This document shows, in pieces, positions 24,702 through 36,870 of a stretch of DNA of 64,000 nucleotides (position 1 is the stretch's first letter; every line of letters begins with the position of its first letter). The translations under genes were made by a program, and so were the position numbers. The notes beneath the pieces were generated by a model. It was not told where the DNA came from and made no database searches. It saw nothing but the letters and a program-made list of their open reading frames with translations. The DNA comes from Lingula anatina (lineage: Eukaryota > Animalia > Brachiopoda), in contig CM120643.1 in the NCBI GenBank assembly GCA_051362555.1, positions 17,674,848 to 17,738,847 of the forward strand. The letters run 5' to 3'.

Positions 24702-26538
24702 CATTGAGACTCCCATGATGACAATGCACATTATACTAACACATCCGTCATAAGAATCCACCCCAATTTTGTATTCTGTCTCCTCATTATTTTTCGTTGT
24801 ATATATTCAGATTTGTTATTCAGTCATTGTAAAGTGTTATTTATGAGCAAAAGCCACAGATAATGGTCATTACATTTTTTAAAATGTTTTGTACATTAAT
24901 TTTATTTTTATTTATTTTGGCGGGAGGGGTTCAGTAAACAGTTTTTTATTGTGCAACAGCAGATAAAAAGATTATAACCATGTAATTCAGCACAATTACT
25001 TCAGAGCTTTCATCTGATCAATGCATTTCCAACCAGTGACTGATCTTTTACTCCAATTTTTACTATAAACTAAAATTATAATACATAAAATTGCCTGCTG
25101 TATTGGAATTTGCTTTTCAATACTTGTATTTCGAAGACATATGAAGCCCTATATTATATTTTATATAGGTTCTGCCTACAGTTTTGCAGTACATATCTTT
25201 TCAGAAACTTTGGCACAAGTGGTGCTGCACTTGAAAATATCTCTAGGCTTATCATGTTATATCTCAGGGGAGGGATAATTTGTTAAGTTGAATAAAAAAT
25301 CATGCACCTTTTGTGTTGTTGTTTTTAATGTCACTGCTTAATGAAAAAGTGGAGTCTTGTGCCAATTTTTAAAAAATGAGCAAATTATTATTGATAAATT
25401 AAGGCCTTTATAAATGGGTCCACCAATGGCTTGGTAGATCACTCAAATATATTAATTATATTTTTCCCTCAATAGAAAATAATTACATGCATAAAATTGA
25501 TTTGTATCTTAGTTAACAAATTGGTATTATTCTTGTAACATCTTAAGTTAGCTTTAACACAAACTTGAATGCACTTAGTTTAATGGATTCTCTGGTTAAA
25601 ATATCTTCCATCCTTAACGGAGTAGTTTTAATACATAAACATGTTTTTTTTAAGTGATGTGCATGCACTGAATGTCTTGAATATAAAATGACAGATTCTA
25701 AACATTTAGCTGACAACTTCTTATATAGAGACTTGCAACAAAACCCAAAAATTCTAATACCATCAAATGGTATGTTTTTAAGAATAGCATATCACATTAT
25801 TCTTGCATATTATACTTCATTACACAAAAAAGCTTAAACTTAACATTGAAAATAACATTTCAAAAATGGCCCATAAAGACATAAACATGCTCAGAGCATT
25901 TGAAACTTTTAAAACTGCATTAATTTACTGAGAAAATATTGATACGACCATATCCAAGACTTTTGAACTCCCATCATAATGGCAAGAGTGTAGGTGATAT
26001 GCTGAGGGTCTGGCCCTAACAAACCCCAACTGTGACCATACAGCATTTTGTCAGAAGAAGAAATCTATGACCTACAGACTTGCTGGGCTTCACTGCAGGT
26101 ATTAAAAATTGTAAAAATAGGCATTGCGGTTAAAGAGAATACTCTTAAATGCTGAATACATGCAAAATAACAACCTGTACATCCAAAAAAGGAATGTTTT
26201 CGATTCAATTTTTCTCCTACATGCTGAAGCTGTTGGATGCAACATGCCTATTAATATTGAATAAAGGTATAGTTCTTGCATTTTATATATATGCATATTA
26301 TATTTAAGGTAGAGTAAAAATATATTATAATAGTAATCTGAGAGATATTTTTTGCAGAATAATTATCATATAGAAACCAGGAAAAGAAGTTTGGTTGACA
26401 AAAAGAGGACTGGATTTGTTTCACTATAATTTTATGTAACCATTAGTTGTTAAGCCACTGCATCTTCCACTTGAGAAACAAACAGCTTGGTGAGATGCTC
26501 CCTAGGCTCAACTTCACAAGTCTCTGTGCAACAGAACG

Positions 26539-28937
26539 TTAAAATGGTCTATTCTGAATGAAATTTGTAAACATTTCAAGAGCTTGGATTGGCTTGTCTT
26601 GTGGGACCATGTGACCAGCACCCTAAATAAAAGATGATAATGTTTACATTGTCTATTGAAAAATATCTTAAGTGTCTATAAAGATGTCTATTATAATAAT
26701 CATTTTTTTAGTTTTGTAATAAAGAACTAAGTTAAAATACAAATAATTTCTTACAATATCATTCAGGATATCATACTAGAAATCCAACAAAGCAAGTCAC
26801 AACACATTATAACTTTATATGATCTTTTCATATTTAAACCGAGACAAAATTAACATATATTTCATCAATGATTAAGTTTAAATAAACTAACTTACCCTCA
26901 CAGTAACAAGTGACAGCTGTTTGTACTGTTTAACAAAACCAGCCACCTGTTTTACTTTATACTTCAGGTCTGTAAAAAACCAAGCTTTTCTCTCAGTCAC
27001 AACCTGAAAAATACAAACATGCAAATAAAAATTCTTTTCCTCTTTTTAAATAATGATTTTCCAAACATGCTAATTAATAATCAACTGAAAAAATAAAAGT
27101 GTGCAAAAAAATAATTCAGATAAAAAATTTTGGAAGCTGTATATTGCAATAATGGTTTGAAGACCAATATTATGATAATATTAACTATCATTATCAATAT
27201 CTTTAATTTAGATCATTATTATTATTATCATTATTGAGTCCAGTAAGTTTGTTAACTGAGAAGTTTACAGACTCAGTTTACAGACAAGTTCAGTAGATTA
27301 ATTCAGGCAAGTTAAGTATATATTACTTACATGCAATTTTACTGAGTTAACTTGCAGGCAAGTTCAGTATGTTTACAGGTAACTAAAATGAGTTAACTTT
27401 GTTTAACACAAACTCAATGAGTAAACTTACAGGCAAGTTCAGTGAATTGACAAACCACTCATCTCCCAAAAAGTTACAAGCCATATCCACATCGCCATTG
27501 TATACCATAGCTCTCAGATGCTAAAATAAAAAAATAAAATAGAGAAATCAGACAAACAAACCATTTCTCTTAGCTATAGATATTGAACATTGGTAATGAC
27601 ATTATATAAATTTACCAAGAAACTCCCTTTCACTCCCACCCCCTCTTAATTCATTCTCACTAAAACATTGAACTCACCGCCATAGAGAGGATCTTCTGGT
27701 ACTGATAAGTCATGTTGTTGTACAATCTTTTGTAATTTCCTCCTACAGCACCACTGGAAAGAGAAACATGAACCTCTAAAGTTGCAGTTGTATATGTGCA
27801 AAGTCACAGTGTAACATAACTGACAGCGTGTAAAACTGCATGATGGCATACTCTTATAAGCACATCACTTATAAAGGGTATTTCAAATCTGGTATACACA
27901 ACAGCCATCATGAGTTTCATAAGTTACTGGAAACTCCAGTCTATTAACAGTTTATCTCTGTTTTTAAATTGGGGCCCAAGGCATGCTGAACTAAAAGGAA
28001 CCTTGAAAATCAAGGTGGCTTACAGCCAAGTCCATACAATTATTAGAATTTCCTCGATCCATAAAGGGCGTGATTCACAACTAAACTAAGATATATACAA
28101 ATCCGAATAAACTATTCCTATCAGTACACAGTCTATATACCATATTTACCTGCAAATCTCCCAAGGAGGCAACTGATCTGGTATATGGAGTGCCTGCCTA
28201 ACCTCTTTAGTATTCAGGTAAATGGTGGAACCAGTCACATCTATACAAGGGGGGACTTCTCCCACCTGAATTTAACAATAATGACAACAATAATAATGTT
28301 TTAAAATCTATAAAGGCCATTAAACAAACAACTGGGATGATATATTTTCACATTTTTTAGACACCATTTCTGGATTTACACTGTCTGCCAAAGTTCTTGC
28401 GAGGAGGATGAAATGTCAAATTAGTCATATTCAAAATTAATATAGCATCATTAACCTTTTGGCTCTTAATATGTCCTACCTTAACAATTTTCAATATTCA
28501 GTAAGACAGTTTAGTTTTTACACGGTAGACCTATAATTAATATGAGATGCAAAACAAAGCATCACAGTAAACATCTCAAAAACCACACATAAATCCATCA
28601 ACACACAAGGCAGTATTTATGAAGAAAGTATCAGCTGCACCTACCTTATTTCTAAACAACCTAAAGTAATGTTTTAAAGAGTCGGTTCTTGCTTTGGCTC
28701 CTCTTGATGCCAGTTTGTTCTTAGGTGGCGGTGCACAGGGAGCATACAGGTTGTACATATTTAGGCCAGTCATTGTGATAACACCAAGAACTGAATTGGC
28801 CTGGAATGTAAAAAAAAAAAATAATTAAATTTTTGTTATTATTTTCAAAATGTTTTAGCAACTTTATACAATTTTTCAATGACCTCCATATGTCTGAAAC
28901 TGTCTGTATTTAATGTGTTTTAGTTCATTTTTATTAA

Positions 28938-29011
<74 letters not shown>

Positions 29012-32000
29012 CTCTCCACACACCAGATTTTCACAAGAAGGATCAACCAATGTCCTGCTGACAATGTCACAACCCGTCTCATTGCCATGGCAACAAGTGC
29101 TTATCAGCTGTCTCCATAATCTGAATGAATAAATAAATTGCCTTTAAAATCTTAAGATTTGAGCAAATTAGACCGTTGCAAATTTACTCTTGGCCAATTT
29201 ACAAGAAAAAAGAACATTTTCAAAACTTGAATATAAATGGTCGACAATTACTTACAGAATGTGCTTTGTGGACTGGATCTTCAATGTGCATCCTATTCAT
29301 AATTTTCCTTGTTAAAAGCTTAGTGTGACCTCCACCTTATTCATTTATTCAGAAAAATTATACTGTATCTTTTAATTATTTATAAGTCATTATATACATT
29401 TTTAAAATACAGAGAGTCTACACTTATCTGATCTTTATGTCAATCAAAGAACAACTGTACAGTTAAGTAAATTTTTTGAAAAGCCTTTTTTTTTTTTGCA
29501 CTTCATACTTACTTTTCACCAACGATTCCATGGTAATATAAGAAAGACATGAGAGAATTGTCATTCATAAAATCACTGGACAGGCCATTCCCCACAGCAA
29601 AACCCTAAAAACAGGGAAAATATTACATGTTATGCATTTGTTAAGATTTGTGCAAAAGCAAGTCTAAAGCTTTGAGTGGACAAACATTCATCTGTTTTTA
29701 TACCTAACAGACAAACTACAATAATTATTGCATAAGGTCTTGCTATTTTTTATGTGGCCTTCAACCACAAGGAATAAGATATATACCAAATTTGTGTACA
29801 ATCTGAACTCAGTTTTGTTTAATAAATATACCATACTGGCGAACTTGTTGCACTGTTTAAGAGTAAAGCTTCAAAATTTAAATTTTTCTAAAAAAATTTC
29901 CTACAAATAACGTCTTGAGCAACAGACAAACTGCAAGGTAACACAATCATTGCATCTTAAATTTATATGCAAATGCGTAAACATTCAGTTATCTTTATTA
30001 TTATTATTATTATTATACCTTAAAGTTAAAGGACCCTAAGTCCTCTGCAAGCCGCAGTGAGAGGGTGGGGACATAAATCCCACCATAACTTTCCCCAGTC
30101 ACATAGAACTCATTGGTCTTATACTCAGGAAACTTGACGAAAAAATGATGCAGGGCAATGAAGTTATCCATGGATACCTAAAACCAATTAACCTTGTTAT
30201 AAGATATATCAAATATATCATATCTATATCTATTTTTCTATCTTGATTAAATGCAAATATTGATACATAAACAATACAAAGACAAGATGGACATTTGGTT
30301 TTCTGACCTACACAGTCAGGTAGGGACTTTCAAAAATATGAAGTGCATCAGGAAAGAGAAGAAATGGCACATTTATTTAAAATTAAGTAATACAAAATGG
30401 ATTATTTCATGCTAATGTTCTACCAACAAAGACCAAATAATTTGTTGTTTTACAATACATTTCTGATTTTTACCAGTTGTTTTGTCATGAGAAACATCAG
30501 CAAACCACTTCACGTTTTATTTATTTCTGAAAACAACTTCTTAATTTCATCATCATTTGTCATAATTAATATTTGTCATATGCACAAACAGTGAAATAAT
30601 ATCAGCCAAATACATACTAGTATCAGAACATTTGATAATATTAGCCATTTGTAAACAATGGCAACTTCCATTCTAGTTAGACAATACATTATTGTTGACT
30701 ATGTATTGATCTAGAACTTGTTATCATTATTATCAATGTTAAAGGTCAATAGACAATCCGAACATGATGATTATTATTAATACCTGTCCAACTGGACCAG
30801 GTCATTTTGGCTCAAGATACAAAGTGACCCTTGCAATACTGACCTGGTCATCATCTGTGGTGTAGTTTTTGTCTAAAGAGTATGAAAACCCCACTCCTGC
30901 AGGAGCTTCCATATATAGAACATTGGCTACCTGGAAATATGAGAGGTAACACAATGAGGTACAAGCCATACTTTTTTTTTTCCGCTTGTCTTATTTTTTT
31001 GTTTCAAGATTTATTTTTATATGCATGATTGTTGGTAGACTATTTTTATAAAGAACATAGCTTGACATTAATTCATGTTATCTTTTGGAAGAGGTTTCAA
31101 TATAGTATGATATCATAGGATTCAGCCCCATAAGGTAACATGTTAAAAAACTTTTTCATCTTTTTTTCTTGCCATTGACTTGGACAAAAGAGATTTCATT
31201 GCTTGCCCAAGCATGGTTAGCCAGATTTCAGTGAAAATCAGAGAAATGTATGATTTTTCTTTTTTTTCTTTTGCCAAATAAATCATTGATTCGTTTTCAA
31301 TTTTGGATTTGGCTGAAGTCATCCAGCTGTTAAGCTAAAATTATTCTTTTACTACAGACCAAACATGTTTTTAACTATCACTTTCACTGGTTGCTTCGGG
31401 CAATAAAGCTGTCTTTCTGTTCTTATATTTGTAAAGGAACAATAATTTGCTTTTTTTATATCCAGTATTTTATTGATACTCACATTATTCCAGGCATACT
31501 TGTTCAGTGAAATGCTTTTTCCATCCTCAGAAACCTGATAGTCAAAACAAAATGTTTTTTAAATATCACTGACAAAACATTATTATTGGAAATACTAAAT
31601 TTCTTTTGAACTTGTTGAGTAAAAGCCATTACCCCTCTATCACTTATATATGGTTTAATCCAGAGACCATTCTGAAACATCTTTGTGCATCAACCATCCC
31701 TGTATTAGGGTTAATGTCCATGTGATCATAACAGTGCAGATTAAATTCCACTTATGATAATACAAGCAATATGAGCAATTCTCATAGTTTCCCTAAATTG
31801 CACAATCAATGAACTAAAATTACAATTTACAAATTTCACAATAAATGAACTCTGATATTTATTATGATATGATAAAATTTCAGTACATTTTACAATACTG
31901 GTAATGGTTTAAAATGACTCACGTGAAATGGGCCATGTTCAGACAACATTCCATCCAGAGAACTGCACCCAGGACCTCCATTCAACCATAACACAACTGG

Positions 32001-32695
32001 ATCGGTGGATGGGTTGTTTGCAGACTCCACAAACCTTGGAAAAATGTGATAAGTTTTCATCACAACAATAGTATTTCCCTTCACAAACCTTCATTTTGTA
32101 ATCTAGTTTCAGAGTTTCCAGAGTGGTACCAGCTTCATTTTTTCTACTCGGAAATGTCTCACTGATTAGGGAAGTTGAAAATGATGACGATAACACACAT
32201 CATTTAGAAGCTCAGTGTTATGTTAAGCAGCAACTTTCTTATATGGTCCTGCATATTATAAACAAGACAATTTTTCATCTAAATAGTCAACAAAACTACA
32301 CTTACTCGATCTACTGTCTGTTTTTTAAAAAAAACTTTTTCAACTTTACTTAAATGTTATGCACTATACAATGTTGATAGATGCCCAACAAGTATAGTCA
32401 TGAATTCAGAAGTGGCCCTGTGTTACCACTTGGCCTAGATATATTAATTGTAAGTAAAGAAAAATATCAAAGTAAACAGCAAAGCATGTCAAATTTTATT
32501 ATGGGTCACAAATCATAACCACCAGTAATGCAACATCCTTGTCCCGGTGGCATTGAGGTACCCTGAGTAATGCTTGAAGTATGGCTGTTTGTTGAGCCCA
32601 GGTAGGTACTTCACTTCATCTTCCCTCGGGGCACACAATACCAACCCCAGGGTGCAACTCCCTACCAGCACAGCTGTCAATACACTTGTCCTCAT
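26539..32695 (-). CDS. CTSA: Lysosomal protective protein / cathepsin A (serine carboxypeptidase S10), ~466 aa, 13 coding exons
   Basis: Exons 32695-32523, 32034-31923, 31534-31484, 30930-30844, 30177-30019, 29604-29513, 29120-29024, 28800-28645, 28265-28150, 27753-27678, 27520-27431, 27003-26896, 26622-26539. Motifs [16 protein letters not shown] (catalytic Ser), [10 protein letters not shown] (Asp), GAGHMVP (His); signal peptide. Confidence 0.97.
28940..29006. repeat. Compound (TA)n(GA)n microsatellite
   Basis: Direct reading; lies in CTSA intron 7. Confidence 0.95.
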
Positions 32696-33502
32696 CTTAA
32701 ATCAAAATATATATTCAAATTATAATGTTGTACAACACACAGAATTCTCCTCATGGTGATGACTCACATTAACATCATGTAAGACCTAAAGTAGTAAAGA
32801 AATACCTGGGTAGGGGTGTTTGTTTTTGATGAGATAATTTTTCTTGAGTCACTCAAATTTATGCACCTTTACACCATCTTCCAGGGTATAACAGTGAATG
32901 ATTTTGAATAAAGTCGCACTGCCTAGGGCAAACCACGCAACAAAAGGTATAAATATCCTCCCAACTTCTAAAGTAGAACACGCTGCTTTTTTGCTAGTTT
33001 ACTAGTTATGTAAGTTGAAGGCAATGAACAAGTTGAACTGAAAATAAGTGAGGTAACGCAGTTCTACAAAGTATTAAAGTTGAATCACTTCCCTTTCTCA
33101 TTGCCAGAAAATAAGTATAGTTTACTTTATCACATAAGATTGCAGATACCTAACCTTGAAAAATGGAATCCTAAAGTCACAACCAATCTGTTCGGATCCG
33201 CCGGCTGATTAGGGAAGTAAGTCACGTGTTTCTGTTTTGTTAAATGCATCAGCTGCATCGCCATCTAAACAAGAAAAGCTAGAAAAATAATTTCTTTGGC
33301 TAGATCAATACCGTTTAAACAACCCATCTAAACCTCTGAAATGCTATTCTGTTTATTTTACGTTAAGAAAACCCATCTCCATCTTAATTTATTTTCAGTG
33401 GTTTTGCATTTAGTTGACCAATTTGAAGCAACAATATCAAAAGCAAGTGGCTAACATCGATAGCCAGTTTCTTTCCAACTTAGCGCAGCGCCATATTTTA
33501 AA
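32696..33502. promoter_or_regulatory. Shared upstream region of divergent CTSA and geminin
   Basis: The ATGs are ~810 bp apart on opposite strands. CCAAT at 33183, GTCACGTG at 33221-33228, TTTGAA at 33422. Confidence 0.55.
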
Positions 33503-34918
33503 ATGTCTTCACTTTCTGATCGTACTGTTTTGTCTTCTTTAGTCCCTTCAGGGGTGAGAGATAAAACTCAGAAAAACAGAGAAAAGAAGCGTAAGACCCT
33601 TCAAACATTGCAACCAGAGGCTAGGAGGAAAAATGTCCTCGTCGGCAAAGAAGGACCAGTCAATTCGTCCTTTCTCAAGAAAGAAAAGAGAAAAAGAGAT
33701 GAGCATCTTGACGACGGAAAAGCTCCAAAATCCCCGAAATTAATAACAAGTTTACAACGATGGGTAACCCCAGTGAAGGTATATGAAGACCCAAAGCCAA
33801 TACCAAAGGAATTCCACAAGAGATTAGTCCCTAGCGTTGAACCTTCAGAACAAAAGAAACCGGAGTCCATAATTTCAGACAAAGAAGCTCAAGAACTATT
33901 AGTCCAAGAAGAAATACCAGAAGCTTATTGGAAGGAGGTATTTTTTAACATGTCTACTTTGAATTTTTGTAAACAAACATAAATAAAGTAATCAATATTT
34001 AAATAAAGGGCACTGTCCCTTATGTCCAGGAAAAGTTTGCCAACACATGCAATGTAGATGCCTGTGTGTTATGAAATCATGGTAATCACCTCAAACCCAA
34101 GATTGAACTAACAGACTCTCAGCAGGCAAGCCAGCACCCTCCCCCCCCCCCAAAAAAAAAATAAATAAAAAAATAAAAAAATAAATAAATAAAACAAATC
34201 TTCTGCTTTTTCTAGGCAGGTGGTTCTGTCTGACCTTTTTTAGGAAGTTACATCACATTTGTGTAAAATATTCACTGTTAAGTTCAAAAACAACTTGTCA
34301 TTGTGTAACTTACATACTATAGTATATACACCAGGCTGTCATACCTTTTGATTTGATGAACTCTTATTTTAACCATTTACAATTAATTTTTTTTTTTTGA
34401 ATTTGACTTACTAGAACATTTACGTATATTCAAGTCAAATTTTTTCAATCAGTTTTCGTTTTAGTAGCAGTAGTCATAATGTTGATTTAATGATTTAATT
34501 ATTATTTTTTTTTTAGGTGGCAGAAGAGAGAAGAGTGGCCCTGGCTGAGGCATTAGAAGAAAATGAAAAGTTACATAGTGAAATCAAAGAACTGAAGGAA
34601 GAAAATGAACAGCTTTCATCTCTTGCCAGCCAAGCAGAATATTTTGCTGGAATAGTAAAATTATTGACTGAGGGAGGGGAGGATGAGGAGAAAAGTGGAC
34701 AAATATCTGAGGGAGAAGAAAAGAGTAAAGTAGAAGATGAGGGAGAGAAAGAAAATACAGAAACTGATTGGCAGTCTTCAAGTGAAGCAGAGAAAGATCG
34801 GGGAGAGAAAGAAGATACAGAAACTGATGAACAGTCTTCAAGTGAAGCAGAGAAAGATCCAGATAGCATTGAGAACTCTTCTCAGCCAGATTTTAAAAAA
34901 AGTAACAGGAAGCTATGA
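33503..34918 (+). CDS. GMNN: Geminin, ~278 aa, 2 coding exons
   Basis: Exons 33503-33937 and 34517-34918. Joined coiled coil YWKE|VAEERRVALAEALEENEKLH is the geminin hallmark; D-box-like RKTLQTLQP; acidic C-terminus. Confidence 0.92.
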
Positions 34919-35564
34919 GCAGTCTTGAGATAAGGAAGAGGATAACAACAAAAGTGGTTCTTAGTCAAGGCTAAATGTGGAAAATGATACAGAAGCAAAT
35001 AGATTTTCTTCCCAAATAAACAGTATTTTACCTCATTGAACACATGACTTTACTTGCTTTTGCTGGTTCTCAATGCCCTTGTCATGAAAGTTTTGTTTAA
35101 AAGGACAGTTATGATTTTGTTTTTCAGAGACAAGAAAAAAGTGAGAAGTTGAGAATCTTTGAATTTTTATTCTTGTATGTGTTTAGTATGTATATATTGA
35201 CAGTATGATATAAGCTAATACTTTTTATTTTTTATTGTGTCAAGAACAGATGCACATCATTCAACAACAACTGCAAAAGTCACAGTGAAGTTGCCTACTG
35301 TAACAATACATGGTGTAATGGAAGTAGGCTTTACTATGCCAAGATGCAAACATGATCTTTCATTAAAGCTGACAAGAATAACACTTTCAAATGATCTAGT
35401 TTTTAGTTTCATTTTTTTTTTCTGAAGACACTGTGATGTAGAAATCATTATGTAGCACATGAGACATGCTGTTTTGATAGGTTTTTTTAATTAAATTGAC
35501 AAACTTCTATCATTGTTTTATGGTGTCCTTATTTACATGATCCCCATTAATCAAATTCATCCTA

Positions 35565-35749
35565 GAGCGCATTCAGAACAGTGAATTAAAAGATTCACAG
35601 ATTAAATATGGCTGACTCACTTGAATGCTTGTTGTATAGTCCCCAGAGGGAATCTATTCAGTGTCTAATCGAGAATTTAGCGACAAGCTTTTAAGTGGGT
35701 CGTCATATTTGATCCGTGGATCTGTTAGTCTGCTTTTCTGAATGAACTC
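35565..35749. mobile_element. Small fold-back MITE
   Basis: GAGCGCATTCAGAA...TTCTGAATGAACTC ends with extended imperfect complementarity inward; flanked by CTA/TTA. Confidence 0.6.
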
Positions 35750-36870
35750 TTAGGGAAGGTAAAAAGTTAATTTTCCATAATTTTCAAAACTGGAAAACTA
35801 AAGAGGTTGTACAATAGATTTCAGTTCTCTTAAGGGCTTGTAGTTATGCATTAAAAGAACATTTCTTCCTTCAAGATGAAATGCCCTAATCCTCCAATCA
35901 GCGTCTACACAAGTGGCACAAGCAAAAGACCCACAAATAACTTTACTGAAAGCCAGCTATGTGATGACATTTATCCCATGCAGAAATCTTGGTTGACAGT
36001 AGAAAATAATTCTCAAGTATAGGCAAGAGAAATATGCAATTCTAGTGAAAAATAGATGTTGCCCTGGAAGAGAGTATAGATAGAGTAGATATAGATGGAA
36101 GAGAGTATATATTGTAGTTCGGGAATAATAAGGCACTTGTTTATCCATTTATTGGGATTAAAATGACAAGTGCATGATGAAGGGAATGGCTACATATAAA
36201 AATGCTGTGTACGAAAAAAAAAAAAAATTCAGTCAGTGATTTAACTTCTTGAGTACATGTTTCTACCTTTCATTTTTGAAGTAAAATTAAAATAATGTAG
36301 TAAAGCACAAATATCTGACAGTATGTACTTCATAATGAACTTTATTTCAATGTTACACCTTCCTAATGGGAACAATAATATACTGCTGCAACAATTCCTG
36401 AACCATTTAAGCTGCATATTTCCACTAATTTGCAAATAATTACTTTTGCATTACTTTCTTTTAGTACACGGAGTAGGAGTTCCTGACACATAGAACTCTT
36501 TTTCTCCTACATGATTTAGATTATCACTGATAATGAACAAAATGGAAACTGTTATCCTCTATCATTGCACACAGGTTTAAAAAAGATAAATATTAATAAA
36601 CAACAATAATAAAATTAAAAAAAAAAATTCTTAACACTCTTTGAATATTCATTTTTTTTCCTGTACATGAACTGATTTTGAGGAAAATGTATTCATTTGG
36701 AAAGTATTTTTCTCAGCACAGGTGACCTTCCCTGAGCAGTGATATCTCCAGTAATAAGGCAAGAAGTTGCTAGTTCAGTCTAATTAAGTGCCGTATGTAG
36801 TAGAGGTTTTTACTCAATTCTTGCTGACCTGTAGAGTTGACAATAAGTTTGATTAGCTTCCCTTTCATTC

